DNA of 64,000 nucleotides from an uncultured Verrucomicrobiota bacterium (GCA_964401575.1 CAYNZC010000004.1:3819-67818), one strand, 5' to 3'. Numbered from the stretch's first letter, positions 16,574-26,358 are shown. Program-made: numbers and translations. Notes: a model not told the origin generated them from the sequence alone.

Positions 16574-17437
16574 ATGCTGGATGACCGCTATTACATGCGC
16601 GGGGGAGGATTTGACTACCGCCGGTCAGCAACCATTGTGCTGCTGATCGCGCTGGCGGCGGCGTTCATTCTACAGCTCATGGCGATCCGCTGGTTCGGCC
16701 TTCCGGTGTTCAAATACCTTGCGCTAAGCTCCGATGGTTTGTGGCATGGCCGGGTTTGGCAGCTTCTGACATTTCAGTTTCTGCACGGTGGTTGGATTCA
16801 TTTGCTGCTGAATTGCTGGGCAATTTATGTCTTTGGAAGGGAGCTTGAAGAGACGATCGGACCGGGTCGTTACCTCGCCCTGTATTTTTCAAGCGGCGTG
16901 CTGGGCGGGTTACTGCAGGCGGTGGCCGGCCCGCTGATTCCGCAGATTGGCGCCGGCGAGGTAGTCGGTGCCTCGGCGGGTGTTTTTGGTCTGATTGCTG
17001 CTTATGCCAGCCTGAACCCGGAGCGGCCTCTGACGATTCTGTTGTTCTTTGTTATCCCTGTGAGCATGCGCGCGAAGTTCCTCCTCCTTTTCTGCGCCAT
17101 CATTGCATTGGTCGGCATTCTCTTTCCGACGGACAACATTGCGCACGCGGCGCACCTGGGCGGCATGATTGGCGGGCTTGCTTTTGTGAAACACGCGCTT
17201 ACATGGCGGTGGCCTGAGAAGCGGCACCCGCCTCGCCTCCGTCCGCTGGTGCATGTCACCAGGAAACAAGCCGGTCCCACACCGTTCACGGTCCAGCCGG
17301 AGCCTCCGCCGGATGAGTTTCTTAGCAAGGAAGTGGATCCCATTCTGGACAAGATTTCCGCTCAAGGCATTCAAAGCCTGACGGAGCGCGAGCGCCAGAT
17401 ACTCGAGGCCGCGCGTCGCAAAATGGATCGTTCCTGA
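16574..17437 (+). CDS. Rhomboid family intramembrane serine protease
   Basis: WRLLTFQFLHGGWIHLLLN, the GASAGVFGL catalytic Ser motif, and HLGGMIGG with the catalytic His. ATG at 16574 is preferred over TTG at 16532. Confidence 0.85.
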   Translation: MLDDRYYMRGGGFDYRRSATIVLLIALAAAFILQLMAIRWFGLPVFKYLALSSDGLWHGRVWQLLTFQFLHGGWIHLLLNCWAIYVFGRELEETIGPGRYLALYFSSGVLGGLLQAVAGPLIPQIGAGEVVGASAGVFGLIAAYASLNPERPLTILLFFVIPVSMRAKFLLLFCAIIALVGILFPTDNIAHAAHLGGMIGGLAFVKHALTWRWPEKRHPPRLRPLVHVTRKQAGPTPFTVQPEPPPDEFLSKEVDPILDKISAQGIQSLTERERQILEAARRKMDRS

Positions 17438-17502
17438 TCCCGCCTGGTGGGCGGGTTTGGGTTTCTCGAATCTGCTTCCGCCTGGCAGGGCGGTTTCCTA
17501 GA

Positions 17503-19848
17503 ATGCGGCGTGTCTTTGCTCGCAAGACCATGAGAAGGTTCACCAGCTTGCGTGCCCGCCTCGTCGGGACTGTTTTCGTGGCCCTCGTGCCGGCGTGGGT
17601 GGTGATGTACCTTTTCGCTTACGACCCTCCCTGGATTCGTCTCGGCGCCGGAGCGCTTGCCCTGGGCGCCGCGTGGTTCGGGGGTGAAATGTTCATCATG
17701 CGCCAGGTGCGCGCGATACTCGAGGCGACGAAACTGCTCGCGAGCGGCGATCTTACCGTGCGCACCGGTCTTGAGCGGGAGCCGGGAGAGCTTGGAGATC
17801 TGGCTCGCTCTATCGACCAGATGGCGGCAGCTCTTCAGCGAAAAGACAGGAAGCAGGAGGACGCGCGGGATGACCTGAACCAGCAGGTCATGCGGCAGGC
17901 GGTCGTGAGCGCGCTTGGCCAGTTTGCCCTTCAGAGCAAGGACTTTTTGGCCCTGATGCACCAGGCGGTCATCATGGTAAGCCAGACTCTGCAGGTGGAA
18001 TATGTGTCGATCTTCGAGTTGGACGCCGAAGCGGACATGCTTTCGTTGCGCGCTTCCGTGGGGTGGCTTCCTGAGACAGCGAAGAATTTCCGGGTTCCTC
18101 TGGCCAGGGGATCTCTCTTGTCCTACGCCCTGTCCCGAGGAGAGCCGATATTGGTGAAGGACCTTCTGGATGACCCGAGGTTCGAGCCTGAAAAGTTTTT
18201 CCACGAGCACGGAGCTCGCAGTGCGGTCGTGGTTGCGATTCAGGCCGAGGAGGGGCTGTTTGGCCTCTTGCTGGCTCACACCGGCAATGCCAGCGAATTC
18301 AAGGAGAGCCAGGTGCAATTCATGCTTGGCATAGCGACGGTTCTGGCGATGGCTGTTGTGCGGCGCGGCACGGAGGCGGAGATGGAGAAACTGGCCACGT
18401 TCACCCGTCTCAATCCGGCACCGGCCCTGGAACTGAGCGAAAGCGGCTTGGTCACATACTCCAACGATGCGGCTAACAGGCTGGCGGCTTCATTCGGCGG
18501 TTGCTCTCCTGCGGAGTTGCTCCCGCTCGACTGCATGGCAATCGTGGAGGGATGCCTTTCCTCCGGGGAACCGCTGCTTGACCGGCAGGTTCTTCTGAAC
18601 GGACGCACGCTGTCGTGGTCTTTTCACCCCGTTCTCGCGAGCGGAACGGTGCATGTTTACATCGAGGAGTTGACGCACCGGTTGAATCTGGAAGCCCAGC
18701 TACGCCAGTCTCAAAAAATGGAATCTATCGGCCAGCTCGCCGCCGGCGTGGCACACGACTTTAATAACATGCTCACGATCATCCAGGGGCACTCGGGTCT
18801 GCTCCTGGTCAAACCGGACCTGGCGGAGGAGCACAGGGACAGTGTGCAGGCGGTTTACTTTGCTGCTGAGCGCGCCGCCGCGCTCACGCGGCAGTTACTC
18901 ATGTTTAGCCGCAAGAATGTGATGCAGCCCAAGCAGCTCGATATTGCCGAGGTGATCACCACCACCAGCAAGCTGCTCGAACGCCTGCTGGGAGAAAGCA
19001 TCCGGCTGGTCATGGATTGCGATCCGGATCTGCAAGCCGTCCGCGGGGATTCGGGCATGATCGAACAAGTCATCGTGAACCTCGCGGTCAATGCGCGCGA
19101 TGCCATGTCCCGGGGCGGTACACTGACCATCAGCGCGAATGCCGCGCAGATTGGCGCGGACTATGTTCAGTCGCATCCCGACGCGCGGGAGGGCAATTTC
19201 ATACGGCTCAGTGTGCAGGACACCGGCGCCGGGATTGATGCCGCAACGCTCCCGCACATTTTTGAGCCTTTCTTTACGACCAAGGAAGTCGGGAAGGGCA
19301 CGGGATTGGGCCTTGCAACGGTGTACGGGATTATCAAGCAGCACGATGGGTGGATTGACGTGCAATCCGAGGTGGGACGTGGCACGGTTTTTAGCGTCTT
19401 CTTCCCATCGTGGGCCCGAACCGGCTCTTTTGCCAGGGCGGAGCCGACTGCCGCGCCGGGGATGCGCCAAGGCAAGGAAACCATTCTCCTTGTCGAGGAT
19501 GAATTCGTGCTGCGTGAGCTTGCAAGAGCGATACTGAAAGATTGCGGCTACACGGTTATCGACGCCCCGTCCGGCCGTGAGGGTTTGAAGGTGTGGCAAA
19601 AGGAGAAGGATAAGATAGACCTTGTGCTCACGGACATGATGATGCCGGATGGCGTCTCAGGGATGGACCTGGCCAGCGAGGTGGTCAGGAGCAGGCCCGG
19701 GGTAAAAATCATCTTTGCCAGCGGCTACAGCATGGACGAGCTCGACCCGGAATTCCTCCGGAAGGGACATGGGCATTTCCTGCAAAAACCGTACACGCAC
19801 GTCACCCTCAGCAAGGCGGTGCGGGAGTGTCTCGACAACCAGTCATGA
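17503..19848 (+). CDS. Hybrid sensor histidine kinase / response regulator (HAMP-GAF-PAS-HisKA-HATPase-REC)
   Basis: Two N-terminal TM segments. H-box AAGVAHDFNNML. N/G boxes (NLAVNARDA, DTGAGI, GKGTGLGL). C-terminal receiver ILLVEDE...DLVLTDMMMPDG...K. Confidence 0.85.
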   Translation: MRRVFARKTMRRFTSLRARLVGTVFVALVPAWVVMYLFAYDPPWIRLGAGALALGAAWFGGEMFIMRQVRAILEATKLLASGDLTVRTGLEREPGELGDLARSIDQMAAALQRKDRKQEDARDDLNQQVMRQAVVSALGQFALQSKDFLALMHQAVIMVSQTLQVEYVSIFELDAEADMLSLRASVGWLPETAKNFRVPLARGSLLSYALSRGEPILVKDLLDDPRFEPEKFFHEHGARSAVVVAIQAEEGLFGLLLAHTGNASEFKESQVQFMLGIATVLAMAVVRRGTEAEMEKLATFTRLNPAPALELSESGLVTYSNDAANRLAASFGGCSPAELLPLDCMAIVEGCLSSGEPLLDRQVLLNGRTLSWSFHPVLASGTVHVYIEELTHRLNLEAQLRQSQKMESIGQLAAGVAHDFNNMLTIIQGHSGLLLVKPDLAEEHRDSVQAVYFAAERAAALTRQLLMFSRKNVMQPKQLDIAEVITTTSKLLERLLGESIRLVMDCDPDLQAVRGDSGMIEQVIVNLAVNARDAMSRGGTLTISANAAQIGADYVQSHPDAREGNFIRLSVQDTGAGIDAATLPHIFEPFFTTKEVGKGTGLGLATVYGIIKQHDGWIDVQSEVGRGTVFSVFFPSWARTGSFARAEPTAAPGMRQGKETILLVEDEFVLRELARAILKDCGYTVIDAPSGREGLKVWQKEKDKIDLVLTDMMMPDGVSGMDLASEVVRSRPGVKIIFASGYSMDELDPEFLRKGHGHFLQKPYTHVTLSKAVRECLDNQS

Positions 19849-19867
19849 TTAAACCACAAAAAATACT

Positions 19868-21109
19868 ATGAAACAGCAAACTGAAAACGCGACAATTCAA
19901 GTTAAACAGCGCTCTCCAGGGCACAGCCGCCGATCCTTCCTTGCCAGGGTCGGAATAGCGTCGGCCGCGTTGGGGTTGGCACGCCCCACTGCTCCCGCTG
20001 CGGAGAAAGTAATCCAGGGATTCGAGACCGCTCCTGTGACCGACTCCGCTTCCGCCGGGTGGAAGCCGGTCTCGGATCGAAAGATCCGGATGGGCATTGT
20101 GGGTTACGGTGTTTGCAAGTTCGGCGCCGCGTTTAGTTTCCAGGATCATCCCAACGCGGAGATCGTGGCTGTGAGCGACCTGCTTCCGGATCGTTGCGCC
20201 GAGCTCGCGCAGGTGTGTCGGTGTCAAAAAACCTACCCCTCCTTCGACGAACTCTTGAAGGATGACCGCATCGAGGCTGTGTTTATCGCAACGGACGCCC
20301 CAAGTCACGCCCGCCAATGCATCGAAGCGCTCAAACGAGGCAAGCACGTGGCTACGGCTGTGCCGGCTGTGTTTGGCTCGATCGAAGACGCCCATGAACT
20401 GTATGAGGCTGTAAAAGCCAACAAACGCAACTACATGATGTTCGAGACGTCCACGTTTCATCGGGACCTCTTTGAAATGAGGGAGATTTTTGCCCGGGGC
20501 GGCTTTGGCAAGCTTGTGTATTCCGAAGGCGAGTATTACCACTACATGGCCGAGCCGATAGATTCCTACAAGGGCTGGCGTGTGGGTCTCCCGCCGCAAT
20601 ACTATCCTACTCACTCGAATGCCTATTATGTGGCCGTGGGTTCCGGCCGTTTCACGGCTGTTTCGTGCATGGGCATGCCAAGCGTGCTGCCGCATTTGCA
20701 ACCTGCGAATAATCCCTATAAAAACCCGTTCGGCACGGAAATCGCCAACTTCCGCACGAGCGAGGGCGGCATGTCTCGCATGGCCGTGAGTTGGGATACT
20801 CCCGGCTCCGGCGGAGAGATGGGGAGGATCCGCGGGCAAAAGGGCTCCTACTATGGCTCATATGAAGGGATAGAAAAACCTGGGGTGTTCCGACGACCGC
20901 CACTGCCGCCCAAGGTCGAGCCGGGAGGGCACGGGGGCTCGCATGGTTACCTCTGCAACGAGTTCCTTTTGTCCGTTCTTGAGAATCGCAGGCCGTTGGT
21001 GGATATCTCGATGGCGTTGAACCTCACGGTACCGGGTGTCATCGCCCACCAATCCGCGCTGAAGGATGGTGAGTGGATGAAGATTCCTGTGTTTGAGCCG
21101 GTTTCCTGA
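19868..21109 (+). CDS. Gfo/Idh/MocA family oxidoreductase with Tat signal
   Basis: SRRSFLARVGIASAALGLA twin-arginine leader. IRMGIVGYGVCKFG Rossmann motif. EKP-like region (ETSTFH). Confidence 0.8.
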   Translation: MKQQTENATIQVKQRSPGHSRRSFLARVGIASAALGLARPTAPAAEKVIQGFETAPVTDSASAGWKPVSDRKIRMGIVGYGVCKFGAAFSFQDHPNAEIVAVSDLLPDRCAELAQVCRCQKTYPSFDELLKDDRIEAVFIATDAPSHARQCIEALKRGKHVATAVPAVFGSIEDAHELYEAVKANKRNYMMFETSTFHRDLFEMREIFARGGFGKLVYSEGEYYHYMAEPIDSYKGWRVGLPPQYYPTHSNAYYVAVGSGRFTAVSCMGMPSVLPHLQPANNPYKNPFGTEIANFRTSEGGMSRMAVSWDTPGSGGEMGRIRGQKGSYYGSYEGIEKPGVFRRPPLPPKVEPGGHGGSHGYLCNEFLLSVLENRRPLVDISMALNLTVPGVIAHQSALKDGEWMKIPVFEPVS

Positions 21110-21112
21110 AAC

Positions 21113-21886
21113 TCACAGTCTGCCCAACAATCGGAGCAGCCCGTCCAGAATAGTGAGCGGATGCGGCGGACAACCCGGAATATACAGGTCCACCGGGAAA
21201 AGTTTGTCTGCTCCTCCCACTGTCTGGCCAGTGCCACTGAACGGCTCACCCGAGATGGCACAGGCGCCCACTGCAATTACCAGCTTCGGATCAGGTGTGG
21301 CCTCGTAGGTCTTGCGAAGCGCGAGTTCCATGTTGCGCGTTACTGGGCCTGTGATCAGGAGCCCGTCTGCGTGGCGCGGGGAGGCGACGAGTTGAATGCC
21401 AAATCGGCCAAGGTCCCACCCGATTGTGCCTAGAACGTTGATATCGGATTCGCACGCGTTGCATCCGCCCGCGCTCACCTGTCGCAGCCTGAGGGAGCGG
21501 CCGAAGAGCTTTCTGAGTTTTTCGTCCAGCGCCGCAGCCAGTCTCAGTTCCTCTTTGCCGGGTTCGCCGACAACCAGATCTCCCGCCTTGCGCACTGCCA
21601 TGCGGTGATCGCTGGTCTGCGTAAGCGCACCCGGCTCGCATGCCTGGACGCACGCCGCGCAAAAAGTGCAGCGGCCAAGATCGAGTCTTAGCAAGGGCGG
21701 AGCTCCCTGGAATGCCTCCGTGGGACAGACCTCGGCGCATTTGTGGCAGTCTGTGGGGCAGCGCGCAGATTCGAGCCTGAGGCTGCCGCCATGACGATCC
21801 GGGAGTGACGGCGCTTTGCCTTCGGGATAGGCCATGGTCTGGCAACCGCGCTGCAACCGATGGGCTAATGTGCTTAGGACAAACAT
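21113..21886 (-). CDS. Ferredoxin (2x[4Fe-4S]) fused to NuoB/HycG-like small subunit
   Basis: N-terminal CPTDCHKCAEVCP and CTFCAACVQACEP. C-terminal GGCNACE, SPRHADGLLITG, GACAISGEPF, IPGCPPHP (NuoB/HycG cluster-binding pattern). Confidence 0.85.
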   Translation of the reverse strand: MFVLSTLAHRLQRGCQTMAYPEGKAPSLPDRHGGSLRLESARCPTDCHKCAEVCPTEAFQGAPPLLRLDLGRCTFCAACVQACEPGALTQTSDHRMAVRKAGDLVVGEPGKEELRLAAALDEKLRKLFGRSLRLRQVSAGGCNACESDINVLGTIGWDLGRFGIQLVASPRHADGLLITGPVTRNMELALRKTYEATPDPKLVIAVGACAISGEPFSGTGQTVGGADKLFPVDLYIPGCPPHPLTILDGLLRLLGRL

Positions 21887-21888
21887 GG

Positions 21889-23364
21889 TTAAAGGTCAAA
21901 ACCGCAGTATGACAAGTTGAAGCTCTTGTTGCAGATAGGGAAGTCGTAAATGGCTTCCCCCCGCAGGGCCAGTGCCAATCCCGTCCAATTATGGAATGAC
22001 GGATCCGTCACCTTGTACCGCGCGAACCTGCCGGCGACATCCGTGATTGCCACGTGGCAGACTTCGCCGCGCCAGCCCTCGACTAATGCAACCGCGATGC
22101 TTTCGGCCGTTGGTCGGGCAATGGGCTCAAACGTCAGTCCTGCCGGAGCCGCGGCGAGTTGCTCAAGTATGAAATTGCCGGAGCGTTGGATTTCGAGCCA
22201 GCGAACGCGAGCGCGCGCAAAAACATCCCCTCCAGGCCAAACAGCGACCGGCGCCTGGGCAAAACGATACCAGCCGGCCGGGTGATCGTAACGCACATCG
22301 CGCACGAGGCCACAGGCCCGGGCGGCGGGCCCCACGAGCCCGATTTCCCCGGCCTGAGCGGACGAAACAACCCCGAGCCGCTCAAACCGGGCGCGGACAG
22401 AAGACGAGTCCCACAGCCATTCAGCCGCCTTTTCCACATCCTGCAATACGGGTTTAATCTGTTTTTCCAGCTCCGCGATCCGCGCCGGATCCATGTCTCT
22501 TCGGCAGCCGCCCGGAACTGCCAGCGCGCGTCCGAACCGATTGCCGCACAGGAGAGCTGTCATGTTCAGAAAATCCCCGCGCAATTTGCCGCATGCCGAT
22601 GACGTGGGCAGGAAGGCTACATCGTTGGCAAGCGCGCCGATGTCGCCTGTGTGATTTGCCAGCCGCTCCAATTCGAGGGCAATGGCCCGCAGCCATTGAG
22701 CCCGCAGCGGCGCCTCAGCTCCCGAGAGCGATTCGAGCACGGAAGCGTAAGCTGTGGCATGCGCGATGGAAGAGTCTCCCGCGAGAGTCTCCATGCGGGC
22801 GAGGGTGGCTTTGTGCGGGCCTCCTTCCAGCGAGGGCTCGATGCCGCGGTGCTGATAGCCCAAAGCGATTTCCAGGTGCAGCACCTCCTCGCCGGCGCAT
22901 TGAAAACGGAAATGACCCGGCTCGATCACTCCCGCATGCACAGGACCCACGGCGACTTCGTGGACTTCACCCCCGTTTGCGGTGAAGAAATCGCCGACTG
23001 CCGGGCCCGGCCCGTGATCGCGCCGGACAGGTTTGAGCCAGGGGTGGCCATCCGGGACGATTTGGCATTGCTCCCAGAGCTCGCGCTCGAACATGTGCGC
23101 CTGTGGAATCCTCGGGGTCAGAGACGGATAGGACTGCTTAAACGGCAGGCTGCGGCCAATCCGGAGAGAATTGGAGGAATCGAGGGCCAGCACTGAAACA
23201 ATGCTCACCCCATCGGCTCGAGGAATCCCGAACCAGGAACTGAGCCGGGCGCCAGCTAGCACCCGGCGCTCTGTGGCGTCCGCAAGGTCTGCAATGGAGA
23301 CTTCCGGCACCTCGCTCAAAGGCAGGCTGGAGCCGTTGTTCAACTCAATGTAGGGTGCGCTCAT
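21889..23364 (-). CDS. NuoC+NuoD / HycE-HyfG-like large subunit homologue lacking [NiFe] cysteine ligands
   Basis: GPVHAGVIEPGHFRFQCAGEEVLHLEIALGYQHRGIE is the classic group-4 large subunit/NuoD block. The ATG at 23364 overlaps the upstream stop (ATGA). The N-terminal ~130 aa are NuoC-like. Confidence 0.85.
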   Translation of the reverse strand: MSAPYIELNNGSSLPLSEVPEVSIADLADATERRVLAGARLSSWFGIPRADGVSIVSVLALDSSNSLRIGRSLPFKQSYPSLTPRIPQAHMFERELWEQCQIVPDGHPWLKPVRRDHGPGPAVGDFFTANGGEVHEVAVGPVHAGVIEPGHFRFQCAGEEVLHLEIALGYQHRGIEPSLEGGPHKATLARMETLAGDSSIAHATAYASVLESLSGAEAPLRAQWLRAIALELERLANHTGDIGALANDVAFLPTSSACGKLRGDFLNMTALLCGNRFGRALAVPGGCRRDMDPARIAELEKQIKPVLQDVEKAAEWLWDSSSVRARFERLGVVSSAQAGEIGLVGPAARACGLVRDVRYDHPAGWYRFAQAPVAVWPGGDVFARARVRWLEIQRSGNFILEQLAAAPAGLTFEPIARPTAESIAVALVEGWRGEVCHVAITDVAGRFARYKVTDPSFHNWTGLALALRGEAIYDFPICNKSFNLSYCGFDL

Positions 23365-24800
23365 GGAATTGGAATCAGGATTTGGGCGGCGCTGCTCCAG
23401 ACTTCCAGCAGGAAACGTGGGGTAAAAAGACCCAGCCAAAGCGATGCGGCCAGCAACAGGAGCGGAGGCGCGACGGTGCCGGCGGCTTCACGCAGGGAGG
23501 CAGTGTTCCACGCGGCTTTGCGCGGGCGGCCATCCACAATGGAGAAGACAAGGCGCGTCATGCCGATGAAAGCCAGGAGCAGGCAAACGAGGAAGATGGT
23601 GGCGGTGATGTACTGATGGGAACCCACGGCAGCGCGAAGGATTCCCAACTCGCTGAAAAACGGGCCGAACGGCGGACAGGCCGTTACCGCGAGCAGACCA
23701 ACAACAAAAATCCTGGAGGAAAGCGGCGTCACCCAGGTCATCCCGGCAACTTCGATGTTTGTACGTGCTCCGGCCGCGCGGCGGAGGTTGCCGGCGCTCA
23801 GGAACAACGCGCCCTTGGTCAGAACGTTGCTCCACACGTGAAAGAGAGCGGCGCCGAGGCCGCCGACGCCGATGGAGGCGCCGATCGTCAGGATTCCCAT
23901 GTGCTCGACGCTCGAGTAAGCGAGCATGCGTTTGAAGTCCGGCGTGCCCAGCAGGAACAGCGCGGCGATGATCATTGAGAAAAGACCGAGGCAAAGCAAT
24001 GTCAGGGACGCGATGCTTTCCAATCCGGCGGCTGACACAACAGCCCGAACACGCAGCAGGGCGACGAATGCCACGGTCGTCATTCCCCCGGCAAGCATCG
24101 CGCCGATCATGCCGGGCGCTTCCCCGTAAGCGTCCGGCTTCCATGTATGCATCGGCGCCAGGCCCATCTTGGTGCCGAAGCCGGCCAGCAGCAACACCCA
24201 CGCAGCCAGAAGCCATGGTTTGGAGAGAGACCCTGCGGCGGCCTTAAGGCCTGTGAACGTGAGGTCGCCCTCCCCGCCGCTGTGCATGGACGAATAACCG
24301 AGAAAGAACGCTCCCAGCAGCGAAAGGGCGATTCCGGTGCCGCCGACCAGCAGGTACTTCCATGTAGCTTCGAACGCTCGAGGGGTGCCGTTGAAGTGCA
24401 GCAGCGGGACTGTTGCCAGCGTCGCGCCTTCCGCGGCGACCCAAAGCAGCCCAAGGTGCTGTGCCAGCAGCGAAAGGGTGATGAGACCTGTGAGTGCCAG
24501 CAGTGTGGCAATGAAAACACGGTTTGGCCGCTCCTTCCTGGTTTTCAGATAAGACACGCCGTATCCCGCGCACGCGAGAAAAAGGATTGAAACCGCCGGA
24601 AGCACCGCGCGTGCGATGGGGTCAAAGCCCAGCCAAAGGGCCGGATTCCAGGTGGGCGGGTCCAGAAACATCCAGAGCGAGAGGCCCGAATGCGGCAGCG
24701 CAGCCGCCGGCAGAAGCCAGGGACGAGTGTCCTCTTTAGGCCAGACCAATGCGATGATTGCGGCCGCGAACGGGATGGCAATGAGAATGATTTCTTTCAC
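23361..24800 (-). CDS. HyfF / NuoN-M-like antiporter-type membrane subunit
   Basis: 479 aa and polytopic. GFGTKMGLAPMHTWKPDAYGEAP and LAYSSVEHMG proton-pumping subunit motifs. GTG start overlaps the upstream stop (GTGA). Confidence 0.85.
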   Translation of the reverse strand: MKEIILIAIPFAAAIIALVWPKEDTRPWLLPAAALPHSGLSLWMFLDPPTWNPALWLGFDPIARAVLPAVSILFLACAGYGVSYLKTRKERPNRVFIATLLALTGLITLSLLAQHLGLLWVAAEGATLATVPLLHFNGTPRAFEATWKYLLVGGTGIALSLLGAFFLGYSSMHSGGEGDLTFTGLKAAAGSLSKPWLLAAWVLLLAGFGTKMGLAPMHTWKPDAYGEAPGMIGAMLAGGMTTVAFVALLRVRAVVSAAGLESIASLTLLCLGLFSMIIAALFLLGTPDFKRMLAYSSVEHMGILTIGASIGVGGLGAALFHVWSNVLTKGALFLSAGNLRRAAGARTNIEVAGMTWVTPLSSRIFVVGLLAVTACPPFGPFFSELGILRAAVGSHQYITATIFLVCLLLAFIGMTRLVFSIVDGRPRKAAWNTASLREAAGTVAPPLLLLAASLWLGLFTPRFLLEVWSSAAQILIPIP

Positions 24801-25438
24801 TCGTGAAGACTCGTAAGTTTGCGCGTGTCCAGGGTGTCAAAGGCGCGCTGGATGCGATCCGCGATGATGCCGATCACAAACACGCCGACCGTGAGGTCAA
24901 GAAGGATGCCGGTTTCAACCACCAGGGGCATCGCATTGATGAGCAGCAGGCCGAACAGGTAAATGCCATTCTCGAGCAGGAGATAGCCGCAGACCTGCGA
25001 AATGGCCTTGGTCCTGCCGATGAGCAGCAGCAGTCCCGCCACCACCGTTGCCAGAGCGGCTGGGACCAGGAGGACGTTGGAATGCTCCGGTAACAGCGGC
25101 AACGCTCCCGAAAAAGCCACCGCGCCAGTCGTTGCGGCGGCCCCCAGTAACAGCGAGGGAACAAAGCCGATCAGCGGCTCTTCCTCACGGTCCACATTCG
25201 CCGAGCGCATGGCGCGCCGGAGCAGGTGCGGGATGAGAAAGCCCTTGATTCCGATGGTTCCCACCGCAACCAGCAGGCCCAGCAACGTCATGTGCGAGCC
25301 GATCAGCAGGGGGAGGATGCCAATCACCATTCCCTGCATTGCTGCTGCGCGGATGATCGAGGGAATCCTGCTGCTGCCAAGAGCAAGGAGATTCAGGCCC
25401 ATGGCCACGCCCGTAAATAGGTTCAGGGATGCATTCAT
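24797..25438 (-). CDS. HyfE-like small membrane subunit
   Basis: 213 aa, all TM helices. Its position between the NuoH-like and NuoN-like genes is as in hyf operons. ATG at 25438 overlaps the upstream stop (ATGA). Confidence 0.7.
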   Translation of the reverse strand: MNASLNLFTGVAMGLNLLALGSSRIPSIIRAAAMQGMVIGILPLLIGSHMTLLGLLVAVGTIGIKGFLIPHLLRRAMRSANVDREEEPLIGFVPSLLLGAAATTGAVAFSGALPLLPEHSNVLLVPAALATVVAGLLLLIGRTKAISQVCGYLLLENGIYLFGLLLINAMPLVVETGILLDLTVGVFVIGIIADRIQRAFDTLDTRKLTSLHE

Positions 25439-26358
25439 TGGAGTGAGGATCCTTTCCACGCCGCCAGCAGGCCAAACAGGCACAGCAGAAAGGCGGTGAT
25501 CAGGAGTAGCGGAACCCGCCGGAAAGCGAAACGGGCCAGCAACGACTCAACGGCGCCCACCCCCACCATGATGATTCCCAGGGCAAGCACCGTCACGGCC
25601 ATCCCTCCCAATCCGCCCAGGTGAAGGCCCGGTAGCACGGCATCCGCCAGCAGTACCGCAAAGAGCAGGAGTTTGATGGCGCTGCCGTGCAGAATTGCGG
25701 CAAATGGCGGGCCGCTATGGTCCAGGACCATGGCCTCATGCACCATCGTCAGTTCAAGATGGGTGTTGGGGTCGTCGAACGGAACCCGGCAGTTCTCGGC
25801 CAAAAGGACGATGAAAAGCCCGGCGCCAATCAGCATGACGCCCGAGCCGGCAAAGGGCGTAAGCATGCCGGACAGAGAAAGGCTGCCGGTGCGGACGCTC
25901 AGGGTAATCAGGGCTGTGATCAAGGCGGCTTCCGCCAGTACCGCGTAGGACACCTCGCGCGCGGTGCCCATGCCCTCGAAGGCGGAGCCGGTCTCCAGTG
26001 AGGCGCACGCGATGGCAAACCGTGCCACTGCGAGCAGGTAAATGAACAGGAAGGCATCGCCACGAAATGACACTGTCGATCCAAATGGCCCAATTGGCAG
26101 AAGCGCGGCCGCGCAGCTAATGGCGATCCATGCAATGGCCGGCCCGATGATGTGTCCGGGCGAGGCTGCCGTGCTGATGACCACTCCCTTGCGCCAGAGC
26201 CGCGCGAGGTCGTAATAAAGCTGCAGCACAGGCGGTCCTTTTCGACCGGCGACCCACGCCTTGACCTTGTTGATGATGCCTGGGCCTAATGGCGCCAGGG
26301 CCATCCAAAAGGCGACACGAACAACAAACTCGGCAATGGTGGAGAGTGTGGCGCTCAT
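25435..26358 (-). CDS. HyfC / NuoH-like membrane subunit
   Basis: 307 aa. KVKAWVAGRKGPPVLQLYYDLARLWRKG and ENCRVPFDDPNTHLELTMVHEAM (NuoH/HycD-like motifs). ATG at 26358 overlaps the hyfB-like stop. The upstream extension of ORF 25435-26847 was rejected. Confidence 0.85.
   Translation of the reverse strand: MSATLSTIAEFVVRVAFWMALAPLGPGIINKVKAWVAGRKGPPVLQLYYDLARLWRKGVVISTAASPGHIIGPAIAWIAISCAAALLPIGPFGSTVSFRGDAFLFIYLLAVARFAIACASLETGSAFEGMGTAREVSYAVLAEAALITALITLSVRTGSLSLSGMLTPFAGSGVMLIGAGLFIVLLAENCRVPFDDPNTHLELTMVHEAMVLDHSGPPFAAILHGSAIKLLLFAVLLADAVLPGLHLGGLGGMAVTVLALGIIMVGVGAVESLLARFAFRRVPLLLITAFLLCLFGLLAAWKGSSLQ

Noticed and set aside
19808-20839. 343-aa minus-strand ORF
   Set aside because: It is antisense to the Tat-signal Gfo/Idh/MocA oxidoreductase; a shadow frame.
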